64,000 nt of DNA from an uncultured Acidobacteriota bacterium (GTDB lineage Bacteria; Acidobacteriota; Thermoanaerobaculia; Gp7-AA8), in the NCBI GenBank assembly GCA_963822445.1, contig CAWGHO010000001.1, positions 256,001 through 320,000 of the forward strand. Direction: 5' to 3'. Made by a program: the position numbers and the translations under genes. Numbering within the stretch: the first letter of the stretch is position 1; each line of letters opens with the position of its first letter. Below are positions 12,860 to 22,400 of the stretch, in pieces. The notes beneath the pieces were generated by a model. It ran no database searches, was not told the DNA's origin, and saw only the letters and a program-made list of their open reading frames with translations.

Positions 12860-12895
12860 AGTGTAGCAACTGCCGTTATGATCTAGCAACTGCTA
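12860..12895. promoter_or_regulatory. Divergent promoter with candidate operator (TAGCAACTGC twice; second copy is palindrome TAGCA-AC-TGCTA)
   Basis: Direct repeats at 12864 and 12884. -10-like TACACT (minus, 12860-12865) and TATGAT (plus, 12877-12882) in a 41-bp spacer. Confidence 0.55.
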
Positions 12896-13263
12896 TGTCA
12901 ACAATTCTGTTCGTCTGTCCTCACGGTGGCGCGAAGAGCGTCATCGCCGCCTCGCTCTTCAATGCCGCGGGCCTGCCGTTTCGAGGAGTCGCCGCCGCGG
13001 GTGAGGATCCGTATGACTCCGTTCCCGCGCCGGTGGTTGATCGGCTGGCGGGACAAGGAGTCGATGTGCGTGCTTTCAAACCGCGGCCTGTCGAGGCCGG
13101 AGAAATCGAGCAGGCCGCACGGGTGATCAGCATCGGCTGCGACGTTTCCGGCGCGAATGTCGAGCGCTGGGAGGACGTGCCGATGTTCAGCGAGGATCCG
13201 GAAGGATCGTTCGCGGCGATTCGGCGGCATGTGGACGAGCTAGTCGGAGAGCTCGTAGGGTGA
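12895..13263 (+). CDS. LMW protein-tyrosine-phosphatase/arsenate-reductase-fold protein
   Basis: ILFVCPHGGAKSVIAA P-loop (CX5K rather than CX5R), VISIGC, WEDVP. Confidence 0.8.
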   Translation: MSTILFVCPHGGAKSVIAASLFNAAGLPFRGVAAAGEDPYDSVPAPVVDRLAGQGVDVRAFKPRPVEAGEIEQAARVISIGCDVSGANVERWEDVPMFSEDPEGSFAAIRRHVDELVGELVG

Positions 13264-13354
13264 GCGTCCCGCTCGCAGTGCGGCGGCCGTCCCGGCCGGC
13301 GCTGGACGATCGGGCGGAACGCCCGATCGGAGCGGGCGGGACGCCCGCGGTACG
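13255..13354. repeat. GTAG-type REP-like palindrome, copy 1 (overlaps the arsC-like stop and chrA start)
   Basis: gtagggtgagcgtcccgctcgc...gcgggcgggacgcccgcggtacg. Tail nearly identical to copies at 21241 and 37940. Confidence 0.75.
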
Positions 13355-14423
13355 GGACCTGATCCTCTACTTCCTCCGCCTCGGCACCTTCGGCTTCGGC
13401 GGACCGATCGCCCTCGCCGGCTACATGCAGCGCGATCTCGTCGAGCAGCGCCGCTGGTTCACCGAAGACGACTACGTGAAAGGCCTGGCCCTCGCGCAGC
13501 TCGCCCCCGGTCCGCTGGCCGCGCAACTGGCGATCTACCTCGGCTGGGTCCGCGCGGGAGTCCTCGGCGCAACGCTGGTGGCCATCGCCTTCGTTGCGCC
13601 CTCCTTCGTGATGGTGCTCGCGATCTCGATGGCGTACGTGCGCTTCGGCGGGATCGCCTGGATGCAGGCCGCGTTCTACGGCATCGGCGCCGCGGTCATC
13701 GCCATCGTGTTGCGCAGCGCGTACAAGCTCGTTCGCCTGACCCTCGCCCGCGATCCCCTGCTCTGGCTGATCTTCGCCGCGAACGCCATCGCCACGGCCG
13801 TGCTCGAGGCGGAGGTGGTCTCGTTGATTCTCGCCTGCGGCGTGCTCACGCTCGCCGCGCGCTGGACCGCGATGCGAACGTCGCCGCTTGTCTCGCTCGC
13901 GCTGGCGCCGACGATTTTCTGGTTCTTCACCAAAGCCGGCGCCTTCGTCTTCGGAAGCGGACTGGCCATCGTTCCTTTCCTCTACGGCGGCGTCGTTCGC
14001 GAGCACCACTGGCTCACCGATCAGCAGTTTCTCGACGCCGTCGCGGTGGCGATGATCACGCCCGGCCCGGTGGTCATCACCGTGGCCTTCATCGGCTACC
14101 TCGTCGCCGGCTTCACCGGCGCCGTCCTCGCCTCCCTCGGCGTCTTCCTGCCCTGCTACCTCTTCGTGGTGATTCCCGCGCCGTACTACGCGCGGTTCGC
14201 GGATGATCCGCGGTTGAAGGCGTTCGTCTCCGGCGTGACCGCGGCCGCGACGGGCGCGATCGCGGGCGCGACGTTCGTGCTGGCGAGACGAGCGATCATC
14301 GATGTGCCGACGGTGCTGATTTTCGCGGCGACGCTGGCGACGCTGATCTGGCTGAAGAAGATTCCGGAGCCGGTCGTGATTGCGCTCGCGGGGCTCCTCG
14401 CCGTCAGTTTCGGATCTTCATGA
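13260..14423 (+). CDS. chrA: Chromate efflux transporter
   Basis: FGFGGP, LAQLAPGP, second repeat FVFGSG and AMITPGP, many TM helices. Confidence 0.95.
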   Translation: MSVPLAVRRPSRPALDDRAERPIGAGGTPAVRDLILYFLRLGTFGFGGPIALAGYMQRDLVEQRRWFTEDDYVKGLALAQLAPGPLAAQLAIYLGWVRAGVLGATLVAIAFVAPSFVMVLAISMAYVRFGGIAWMQAAFYGIGAAVIAIVLRSAYKLVRLTLARDPLLWLIFAANAIATAVLEAEVVSLILACGVLTLAARWTAMRTSPLVSLALAPTIFWFFTKAGAFVFGSGLAIVPFLYGGVVREHHWLTDQQFLDAVAVAMITPGPVVITVAFIGYLVAGFTGAVLASLGVFLPCYLFVVIPAPYYARFADDPRLKAFVSGVTAAATGAIAGATFVLARRAIIDVPTVLIFAATLATLIWLKKIPEPVVIALAGLLAVSFGSS

Positions 14424-14859
14424 CGCCGAGAACGGCCAACAGGGCGCCGAGAGCCATGAGCGCGCTTTCGGCGAGCGTCGGAACCGTCGGCTCCGCCACC
14501 GCCCTCAGCGTGAAATCGTTGCCCGACCCGCCGCGGTAGCTGACGACGAACGTCTGGCCGCCGCTGGTGACGAGCGCGCCTTCGGGGAGACCGTCGAAGA
14601 TTCCATTGATCGGATCCGTACCGTCGTTGTCGAAGATCAGATACGTCTGTCCACCGGGGAACGGCACGCCGGAGACTGTCAAGAGCAGCGAACCGCTGAC
14701 GTTCACGCATCCGGTAATCAAAAAATGGGGCTCGGTCGGATCGCTGGCGCTGTTCAGAAAGAGGATGAAGTCATCGATCCCATCGCAAGCAGCTCCGTGC
14801 GGTGCGACCGGCGCGACGCTGAGCAGCGAAAGGATGGCAAGGAGCGGCAGGCTGATCAT
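14404..14859 (-). CDS. Small exported protein with IPTL-CTERM-like sorting tail
   Basis: Signal peptide, repeat-like IFDGLPEGA...VSYRGGSGNDFTL, tail VPTLAESALMALGALLAVLGVMKIRN. Confidence 0.75.
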   Translation of the reverse strand: MISLPLLAILSLLSVAPVAPHGAACDGIDDFILFLNSASDPTEPHFLITGCVNVSGSLLLTVSGVPFPGGQTYLIFDNDGTDPINGIFDGLPEGALVTSGGQTFVVSYRGGSGNDFTLRAVAEPTVPTLAESALMALGALLAVLGVMKIRN

Positions 14860-14873
14860 CGCGGCACTATACG

Positions 14874-14903
14874 AAAAAGGCCGCGCATCTCGCGCGGCCT
14901 TTC
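14874..14903 (-). terminator. Rho-independent terminator
   Basis: Minus strand aaaggccgcgc-gagat-gcgcggccttttt downstream of the DUF3617 gene. Confidence 0.8.
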
Positions 14904-14925
14904 AAGATCACAGTGAAGGCACGAG

Positions 14926-15339
14926 TTACTTCTTCGTGCACTCCCCTTTCCACGTTCCGGTGTACTTGGTGGTCATTTCCTGCTCGCCCACCTGCATCTT
15001 CATCCAGCCGGTGTAGGTGGTGTCGGTGAAGGTGATCTCGCCTTCGCCCTTGGTCTTGTCCTTCGGGCACTCCATGGTCCAGGTCACCGTGTTGCCGTCG
15101 ACCTTGTAGTCGTTGACGGTGCACTTGGACTTCGGATCGGACGGGACGGACTTCTGCGGGTCCTTGAGATCCTCTTCGGTCAGGCAGACATCGACGTTGA
15201 TCGGCGGCATCTTGAACGGCATGCCCGGGATCTCCATCTGCATCTTCACGTTCCACTTACCAGGCTTCTGCGGATGCTGGCCGAAGGCCGATCCGGCCAC
15301 CGCCAGCAACAGCGCGCCACAAAGCACGAGCTTCTTCAT
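14926..15339 (-). CDS. DUF3617 family secreted protein
   Basis: Signal peptide, KPGKWNVKMQMEIPGMP, four Cys, C-terminal WKGEC. Confidence 0.85.
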   Translation of the reverse strand: MKKLVLCGALLLAVAGSAFGQHPQKPGKWNVKMQMEIPGMPFKMPPINVDVCLTEEDLKDPQKSVPSDPKSKCTVNDYKVDGNTVTWTMECPKDKTKGEGEITFTDTTYTGWMKMQVGEQEMTTKYTGTWKGECTKK

Positions 15340-15441
15340 CTGAATCTTCCCCCCGATGGTTATTTGGACGGGCGAAGTATAGCGGATTTCGGAAAGTGGT
15401 ACCATGCCCTGTCGCGTCCGAATAACTTTCCAGGAGCCGTC

Positions 15442-18400
15442 ATGAATCCCGCCGTTCGCCGGAGCGCGCTCGCGCTCGTTTTCGCGTTCTCCACCCTTCC
15501 GGCGCTGGCCGCCGATCCCTGGGAAGCAGCCCCATTCACCTCCGATCCGAAGGCGCTTCTGGCTGCTGCCGAAGCGATTTCGGCCGGCGAGTCGGGCGTG
15601 GTTGTCCTGCTCGACGAAGCCGCTCACACCTTCGACGCGAAGGGCGGTGGCGTCATGACCCAGCGCCTGGTCTACCGAATCGCCAACGAGTCGGCGATCG
15701 ACGACTGGGGCTCGATCAACGCCCCCTGGGCTCCCTGGTACCAGGAACGCCCCACCCTGCAGGCGCGGGTCATCACCAAAGACGGAACCGTTCACCAGCT
15801 CGACCCGAAGGCCATCATCGAAGCGCCGTCGCCGGAAGAGTCGCTGGACATCTTCAGCGACAACCGCGTCATCCGCGCGCCGCTCCCCGCCGTCGCGGTC
15901 GGATCGGTAGTCGAGCAACTCATCACTTATCAATCGAAAGCGTCGCTGTACGACGCGGCCTCGAGCGACATCTTCTTCTTCGGCAGTTTCTATCCCGTTC
16001 ATCGCGCGCGGCTGATCGTCGACGCGCCGGCGGATCTGCCGTTGCAGTTCATCAATCAATCGCGCGTCGAACAGAAGAAGGAAGTCGCCAACGGCCGCCA
16101 GCGGGTGGTCTACGAAGGCGGCCCGTTCGCACCGAAAGAGGACATGGAGTGGGGCCTGCCGTTCGACGTCGCGCCGCTGCCCTGGGTCGGCGTTTCGAAC
16201 GCGAGCTCGTGGAGCGATCTGGCAACGCGCTACTCGGCGATCGTCGACAAGCAGCTCGCCAACGCCGGCCTCGAAAAGCAGGTGCGCGAAGCGCTCGGCA
16301 AAACGACCGACCGCCGCGAGATGGTCGCCAAGGCGCTGGCCTGGATTCAGTCCCGCGTCCGCTACGCCGGCGTCGAAGTCGGCGAATCCTCGGTCGTCCC
16401 CCGCACTCCGCAGACCGTTCTCTCCAATCGCTACGGCGACTGCAAGGACAAGGCGACGCTGCTCGTGGCCATGCTTCGTCAGGCCGGACTCGAAGCGCAT
16501 GTCGCGCTGCTTCGCGCGGGTGAAGACTTCGACGTGCCGCGCGATCTCCCGGGCCTGGGCATGTTCAATCACGCGATCGTCGTGGTTGGATCCGGGGCCG
16601 ATCAGATCTGGGTCGATCCTACCGATGAATTCGCGCGGGCCGGCGAGCTTCCGCTGATGGATCAGGGCCGCATGGCTCTCGTGGCCAGCCCGAAAACGAC
16701 CTCGCTCGTGGCCACGCCGATGGCCGAATCGACCGCGAATCGCACCGTCGAGATCCGCACCTTCATGTTGCCCGAAGAAGGAAAGGCCACGCTCCTCGAA
16801 GTCTCCGAGCCGGCCGGCGCCGACGAATCGTCGATGCGCCGCTACTGGGTCGCCAGCGATCGCAAGCGCTATCGCGAGTCGATGGAGCAATACGTCAAGG
16901 ACTACTACGGCGCGAAGGCGCTGACGAAGGTCGAGACCAGCGATCCCCACGACCTGAGCAAGCCGTTCCGGATTCAGCTCGAGATTGCCGAGGCTTCGCG
17001 CGGGCAGGCCATGGAGGGAGAGGCGGCGGTGGCTGTCTTTCCGGCCAATCTGCTCCAGAACCTCCCCTGGGCGCTGCAGACCAGGCCGGGCGAAAAAGAT
17101 GAGGAAGAAGAAAAGCGCCGCATCCGCCGCAACGACTTCTTCTTCACCCGCCCGTTCGTCCGCGAGTGGCAGTACCGCATCGTGCCGCCGGCCGGATTCG
17201 TTGCGCGCACGCTGCCGCAGAACGAGACCAGGCAGATCGGCTCGATGAGCATGACCCGCGAGTTCGCCACCGGCGCCGACGGCATCGTCAACGCGACCTT
17301 CCGCGTCGACAGCGGCAAACGGCGTCTGACGCCGGTCGAGCTCGAGGAAACGCGCAAGGCCATCAAGACCGCCTCGGACATGCCCATGCTGCTGATCGGT
17401 TTCGATCAGCGCGGACAGCTCGAGCTCACCAAAGGCAACATCTCCGCGGCGCTGGCCGAGTTCCGCAAGCTCGCCGCGGCGCATCCGAAAGAAGGCCGCC
17501 ATCAGGTCGAGATCGCCCGCGCGCTGCTGGCCGGTGGCATGGGCGAAGCGGCCCGCGAGCAGGTCAAGAAAGCCATCGCCCTCGAGCCGGCCTATCCGCG
17601 CGCACATCGCATGCTCGGCGTCGTCCTCCAGCACGATCACTTCGGCCGCGCCTACCGCAAGGGATTCGACCTCGAAGGAGCGCTGGCCGCGTACCGCAAG
17701 GCCAAGTCGCTCGACCCGAAGGACATCGGTGTACGCGCCGAATTGGCCAAGCTGCTCGAGCATGGCGAGGACGGACTGCTCTTCGGCAGCGGGGCGAAGC
17801 TCGATGAAGCGGTCATCGAATGGCGCTCGCTGATCGACGAGCTGGATGCGACGCAGTACCGCTCCGAGCTGCTCCTCGCGTTGGCCCGCTCCGCGCGCTG
17901 GAACGAGCTCCGCGAAGCAGCGAAAGACGCCGAGAACGCCACACAGCGCAATCTGTGGCGGGTCGTGGCCGCGGCGGCGACGGAAGGATCGAAAGCGGCC
18001 GTTCGCGAAGCGGCGGCGCTCGATCAGGCCCAGCGCAAGGACGTGCTTCGCACCGCCGGCTCGGTCGTCCTGGCCATGCGCATGTACGACACGGCCGCCG
18101 ATCTGATCGAAGAAGCGATGCAGGGATCGCCGAACGCGGAAACGCGGACGCAGGTGGAAGGTCTTCGCAAAGCCAAACGCCTCGAAGACCTCTCCTTGCC
18201 GAAGGACGATCCGAAGACGATCGCCAAACAGCTCGCCGTCGACTCGCTGCTCCTGGAGATGACGCCGGAGCTGATCGCGAAGTACTACGCGTCCGACGAA
18301 AAAGATCTCTTCGGCAGCGAGCGGCAGAAGGCGCAGTGGCGCACGATGCGGCTGAACATGCTGGCCACGGCCCAGAATCAGGGCCTGCCGCTGATGTTTT

Positions 18401-19521
18401 ACGCCGACGTCGGCATGGGCTCGTTGCAGGCCGTGCAGGACGGCGATGAAGAGACGGGCTATCGCATCCGCCTCCGCTCTCCGGCCAGTCGCGCGCGGGA
18501 AGAGACGCTGTACGTCGTACGCGAAGGCAGCGAGTACCGCGTCAGCGCGACGAATGACGGTCCTGCGCTGATCGGCTGGAGCGTGCTGCGCCTGCTGAAC
18601 GCGAACAAGAACGAGGCCGCGCGGCAGTGGCTGAACTGGGCCCGCGAAGATTTCACCGCCGCGACCGAAGATCCGTACGGCTCGACGCCCTTCGCCCGTT
18701 ACTGGCCGAAGGCGAAACAGTCGGCGACGCCGGAAGAGATGCGGCTCGCGGCGGCGCTGCTGATGCCTTCGAAGGAGCTCGGCGACCAGGCGCTGGCCAT
18801 CCTCGTCCCCGCCCGCGAGAAAGCGGCGACGGACGAGGAGCGCAATCGCATCGACCACGGCATCGCCCTCACCTACATGCTGCAGGACGAGAACGCGGAG
18901 AAGCTCGTGGAAGTGGCGACGCGCATGACCAGGACCGCGCCCGACTCAGCGGTCGCCTTCAACATGCTCTGCGCCGCGCTCTCCAAGCTCGAGCGCAACG
19001 ACGAAGCGACGAAGGTCGCGAAGGAGCGTCTGTCGCGCATGCCCAAGGACGACGACGCCATCCGCGCCCTCGGCCAGGCCGCCATGCACGCCGGCGACTA
19101 CGCGAGCAGCGACAAGTACTACCGTCAAGTAGTTGACGAGCTTCGTCCGACCTCCGGCGACTACAACAACATCGCCTGGAACGCCCTGCTCAGTGGCAAG
19201 GAGCTCGATCGCGCCCTCGAGGACGCGCGCCAGGCCATGCAGAACGGCGGCGGCTCCGCGCTTCTGCACACGCTCGCTTCGCTGTACGCGGAGACGGGCA
19301 AAAATCTCGAGGCCCGCGAAGCGCTGCTCAAGAGCATGGACGACGCCGGCCGCGACGAGCCCGCTCCCCACGACTGGTACGTCCTCGGCCGCATCGCCGA
19401 GAACTACGGCGCCACCGACGCGGCCCTGGCCGCGTACAAGCGCGTCGACAAGCCGAAGGAGAGCGTCGCCTCGTCGACCTGGATTCTGGCGGACCGGCGG
19501 TTGAAGGCGATCAAGAGATAG
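15442..19521 (+). CDS. Exported DUF3857 / transglutaminase-like / TPR protein
   Basis: AGGAG RBS, signal peptide, YGDCKDKA catalytic Cys, FNHAIV, WVDPT, C-terminal TPR helices. Confidence 0.9.
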   Translation: MNPAVRRSALALVFAFSTLPALAADPWEAAPFTSDPKALLAAAEAISAGESGVVVLLDEAAHTFDAKGGGVMTQRLVYRIANESAIDDWGSINAPWAPWYQERPTLQARVITKDGTVHQLDPKAIIEAPSPEESLDIFSDNRVIRAPLPAVAVGSVVEQLITYQSKASLYDAASSDIFFFGSFYPVHRARLIVDAPADLPLQFINQSRVEQKKEVANGRQRVVYEGGPFAPKEDMEWGLPFDVAPLPWVGVSNASSWSDLATRYSAIVDKQLANAGLEKQVREALGKTTDRREMVAKALAWIQSRVRYAGVEVGESSVVPRTPQTVLSNRYGDCKDKATLLVAMLRQAGLEAHVALLRAGEDFDVPRDLPGLGMFNHAIVVVGSGADQIWVDPTDEFARAGELPLMDQGRMALVASPKTTSLVATPMAESTANRTVEIRTFMLPEEGKATLLEVSEPAGADESSMRRYWVASDRKRYRESMEQYVKDYYGAKALTKVETSDPHDLSKPFRIQLEIAEASRGQAMEGEAAVAVFPANLLQNLPWALQTRPGEKDEEEEKRRIRRNDFFFTRPFVREWQYRIVPPAGFVARTLPQNETRQIGSMSMTREFATGADGIVNATFRVDSGKRRLTPVELEETRKAIKTASDMPMLLIGFDQRGQLELTKGNISAALAEFRKLAAAHPKEGRHQVEIARALLAGGMGEAAREQVKKAIALEPAYPRAHRMLGVVLQHDHFGRAYRKGFDLEGALAAYRKAKSLDPKDIGVRAELAKLLEHGEDGLLFGSGAKLDEAVIEWRSLIDELDATQYRSELLLALARSARWNELREAAKDAENATQRNLWRVVAAAATEGSKAAVREAAALDQAQRKDVLRTAGSVVLAMRMYDTAADLIEEAMQGSPNAETRTQVEGLRKAKRLEDLSLPKDDPKTIAKQLAVDSLLLEMTPELIAKYYASDEKDLFGSERQKAQWRTMRLNMLATAQNQGLPLMFYADVGMGSLQAVQDGDEETGYRIRLRSPASRAREETLYVVREGSEYRVSATNDGPALIGWSVLRLLNANKNEAARQWLNWAREDFTAATEDPYGSTPFARYWPKAKQSATPEEMRLAAALLMPSKELGDQALAILVPAREKAATDEERNRIDHGIALTYMLQDENAEKLVEVATRMTRTAPDSAVAFNMLCAALSKLERNDEATKVAKERLSRMPKDDDAIRALGQAAMHAGDYASSDKYYRQVVDELRPTSGDYNNIAWNALLSGKELDRALEDARQAMQNGGGSALLHTLASLYAETGKNLEAREALLKSMDDAGRDEPAPHDWYVLGRIAENYGATDAALAAYKRVDKPKESVASSTWILADRRLKAIKR

Positions 19522-19578
19522 GCGAGCACAGGTAGGGATTTGCCGCGGAACGACTCTCCTTCCGGGAAGGAGAGCGTT

Positions 19579-20685
19579 ATGGCATTTACGTCCGGCTACG
19601 ACAACTCGGAAGCACAGGTGTGTATGACCCTGGCGACGATCGCCTATTCGAGCGAGAACGTCCCCTCACAGATTCAGGCGACGATCCAGACCAACCTCGC
19701 GAACACGAACTTCGCAACGGCGGGCAACTGGGAGCTGGTCTGGCTGGGAGTGGCCGACAACAATCAGAACCTGATCTACGTCGCCCAGAACACCACCCAG
19801 CCGGCGCAGTACGCCATCGCCATCCGCGGCACTGACTGGTGTTTCCCGGTCAACTTCAAGGAAGACTTCACCGTGACCTCGCAGTCCGCTCCGGGATTCG
19901 GACCGTCCGATCTGCTGGTGAGCAACGGCGCCCTCGACGGGTTGAACGAGATCAACTCCGTCACGTCGGCGCCGATCGCCGGTGGGAGCGCCGTGACGTT
20001 CCTGCAGTATCTGCAGAATCAATACGCCGCGGGCGGCTTCGACTCGTTCGATGTCTACGTGACCGGCCACAGCCTCGGCGGATGTCTGGCCTCGATCACC
20101 TTCCCCTGGCTCGTCGAGACCTGGAACGGTGCGACGTCGCTCAATGTGAAGGCCTACACCTTTGCCGCGCCAACCGCCGGCAACGCAGCATTCGCCTCCT
20201 ACGCGACGAGCCTCAGTGCGAGCGGCCCGTACTACTACTGGGCCGTCGCGAATCCTCGCGATCTCGCGCCGCAGGCGTGGTCGAACCTCGCGAATGTCAT
20301 CCCGCAGGGGATCGTCGTCAGCGTCACGTTCAAGCTCGCGCTCGAGCTGATCTTTCTTATCAGCGCGTTCCTCACGAAGTTGCAGAACGCAGGCGTGTCG
20401 TATGCGCAGCCCGGCGCGGCCAACACGTACAGCCCGACGAACGACCTCGATTTCTCGCCGTCGTGCGGGACGCCGCGGGTCTCGACGATGACCGACTACT
20501 TCTGCTGGGTCGGAAGCGAGCATGCCGGCGACACGTACCTGACGCTACTCGGCGCGACTCCCACGGGCATCACCAACGTGATGAATTGCCCGCCGCCCAG
20601 CTCCGCGGGCCTGGAAGGCAGTCCGAGTCCCGTCGCGCAACAGCAGATCGACCAGTGGAAGCAGAACAATCCTGGGCAAGAATGA
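19579..20685 (+). CDS. Lipase class 3 family protein
   Basis: IAIRGT, VYVTGHSLGG nucleophile elbow, YTFAAPTAGN, NPRDLAP. Confidence 0.88.
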   Translation: MAFTSGYDNSEAQVCMTLATIAYSSENVPSQIQATIQTNLANTNFATAGNWELVWLGVADNNQNLIYVAQNTTQPAQYAIAIRGTDWCFPVNFKEDFTVTSQSAPGFGPSDLLVSNGALDGLNEINSVTSAPIAGGSAVTFLQYLQNQYAAGGFDSFDVYVTGHSLGGCLASITFPWLVETWNGATSLNVKAYTFAAPTAGNAAFASYATSLSASGPYYYWAVANPRDLAPQAWSNLANVIPQGIVVSVTFKLALELIFLISAFLTKLQNAGVSYAQPGAANTYSPTNDLDFSPSCGTPRVSTMTDYFCWVGSEHAGDTYLTLLGATPTGITNVMNCPPPSSAGLEGSPSPVAQQQIDQWKQNNPGQE

Positions 20686-20689
20686 CGGC

Positions 20690-21244
20690 GTGAAGCCGGT
20701 TTACTTCTCCTCCCCCGCCGAGTTCCGGGCGTGGCTCGAAAAACATCACGACTCGGCGGCGGAGTTGTGGGTCGGTTACTACAGGAGGGCCACCGGCACG
20801 CCGAGCATCACCTGGCCCGAGTCCGTCGATCAGGCCCTCTGCTTCGGCTGGATCGACGGCGTCCGCAAGACCGTCGACGAGAACCGCTACATGATCCGGT
20901 TCACGCCGAGGAAGACCAGGAGCAACTGGAGCACGGTCAACATCAAGAAGGTCGCGGAGCTCACGAAGCTCGGTCTCATGAAACCCGCCGGCATGAAGGT
21001 CTTTGAGGAGCGGGAAGCCAAACGCGAATACTCATACGAACAGACGCAGCAAACCGAGCTCGCTCCGGAGTACGCGAAGGAGTTTCGCGCGAACAGAAAA
21101 GCCTGGGCGTTCTTCGAAGCGCAAGCCCCGTCCTACCAGCGCACGCTGAAGTTCTGGGTGATGAACGCGAAGAAGGAAGAGACCCAACGCGCGCGGCTGA
21201 AGAAGTTGATCGACACCTCGGCCGCGGGTAAGCGCGTTTTGTAG
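20690..21244 (+). CDS. YdeI/OmpD-associated family protein
   Basis: FRAWLEKHH, ALCFGWIDG, RFTPRK, SNWSTVN, AKKEETQRARL. Confidence 0.92.
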   Translation: MKPVYFSSPAEFRAWLEKHHDSAAELWVGYYRRATGTPSITWPESVDQALCFGWIDGVRKTVDENRYMIRFTPRKTRSNWSTVNIKKVAELTKLGLMKPAGMKVFEEREAKREYSYEQTQQTELAPEYAKEFRANRKAWAFFEAQAPSYQRTLKFWVMNAKKEETQRARLKKLIDTSAAGKRVL

Positions 21245-21319
21245 GGCGGGCGTCTCGCCCGGCGGTCAGAGCGCGGCGCGGGACGCGCCGCGCGAGGCGG
21301 GCGGGACGCCCGCCGTACG
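21241..21319. repeat. GTAG-type REP-like palindrome, copy 2
   Basis: gtagggcgggcgtctcgccc...gcgggacgcccgccgtacg with internal hairpin gcgcggcgcg-gga-cgcgccgcgc. Its TAG is the upstream stop codon. Confidence 0.85.
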
Positions 21320-21362
21320 GTTTCATCGACTTGCCTCCTGTTCGTTTGGTACAAGTGCCGAA

Positions 21363-22400
21363 ATGAGGAAAACACTCGGGCTTCTGAGCTGCGCTCTACT
21401 CGTCGCATCCTGTGTGAATGCTCCGGAGGAGAAGCCGGCCGCGACTGAAGGACGCGACGTCCGTTCCGGCGCGGTCCGGATCGGGCTGGCGATGGACACT
21501 CTCAAAGAAGAGCGGTGGCAGCGCGACAAGCAACTCATCGAGCAGCGGGCCCGGGAAGTGGGCGCGGTGCTCGACGTGCAGGTCGCCAACGGCGACGACG
21601 CCGTGCAGACCAAGCAGGCCGACAACATGCTCACCAAAGGCATCGACGTGCTGATCGTCGTGCCGCACAACGGGGAGATCGCCGCCTCGATCGTCGAGGC
21701 TGCGCATCGAAAGGGCGTGCCGGTGATCGCCTACGACCGTCTGATTCGCAATGCCGATCTCGATCTGTACATCTCCCATCAGGTGGAAAAGATCGGAGAG
21801 ATGCAGGCCGGCTACGCCTTCGAGCGCGTTCCCAAAGGCAACTACGTGCTGATCGGCGGATCGCCGACCGACTACAACGCCATCCTGCTGCGCAAAGGGC
21901 AGATGAACATCCTCAAACCCGCCGTCGATCGCGGCGACATCAAGCTGATCTCCGAGCAGTACGCTCGCGAGTGGAAGGCCGAGGAGGCGCTGCGGATCAC
22001 TGAAGATGCGCTCACCCGTACGCGGAACAGAATCGACGCGATCGTGGCCTCGAACGACGGCACGGCCGGCGGCGCGATCTCCGCGCTGGAGGCGGCCGGC
22101 CTGGCCGGCAAGGTGCTGGTCACAGGACAGGACGCGCAGAAGGATGCCGTCCAGCGGATCGTCAAAGGCTCGCAGACCATGACCATCTACAAGCCGATCC
22201 AGGCCCTGGCGTTCGGTGCGGTCGACGCCGCGATCAAGCTCGCGCGGAAGGAAGCCGTCAGCACGACCGACAAGGTCAACAACGGCAAGATCGACGTTCC
22301 GTCCATCCTCATCGCGCCGATCGCCGTCGACAAGTCCAATCTCGACGCAACCATCATCAAAGACGGCTACCACAAGCGCGACGAGATCTATGTCCCATGA
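21363..22400 (+). CDS. xylF: Xylose-type sugar ABC transporter substrate-binding lipoprotein
   Basis: Lipobox LVASC, EERWQRD, IAYDRLI, GGSPTDYNA, ASNDGTAGG, TGQDA. Confidence 0.88.
   Translation: MRKTLGLLSCALLVASCVNAPEEKPAATEGRDVRSGAVRIGLAMDTLKEERWQRDKQLIEQRAREVGAVLDVQVANGDDAVQTKQADNMLTKGIDVLIVVPHNGEIAASIVEAAHRKGVPVIAYDRLIRNADLDLYISHQVEKIGEMQAGYAFERVPKGNYVLIGGSPTDYNAILLRKGQMNILKPAVDRGDIKLISEQYAREWKAEEALRITEDALTRTRNRIDAIVASNDGTAGGAISALEAAGLAGKVLVTGQDAQKDAVQRIVKGSQTMTIYKPIQALAFGAVDAAIKLARKEAVSTTDKVNNGKIDVPSILIAPIAVDKSNLDATIIKDGYHKRDEIYVP

Noticed and set aside
14926-18858. 1310-aa minus-strand ORF
   Set aside because: Antisense shadow of the DUF3857 gene in GC-rich DNA. Only the last 137 codons (DUF3617, with own RBS and signal peptide) look real.
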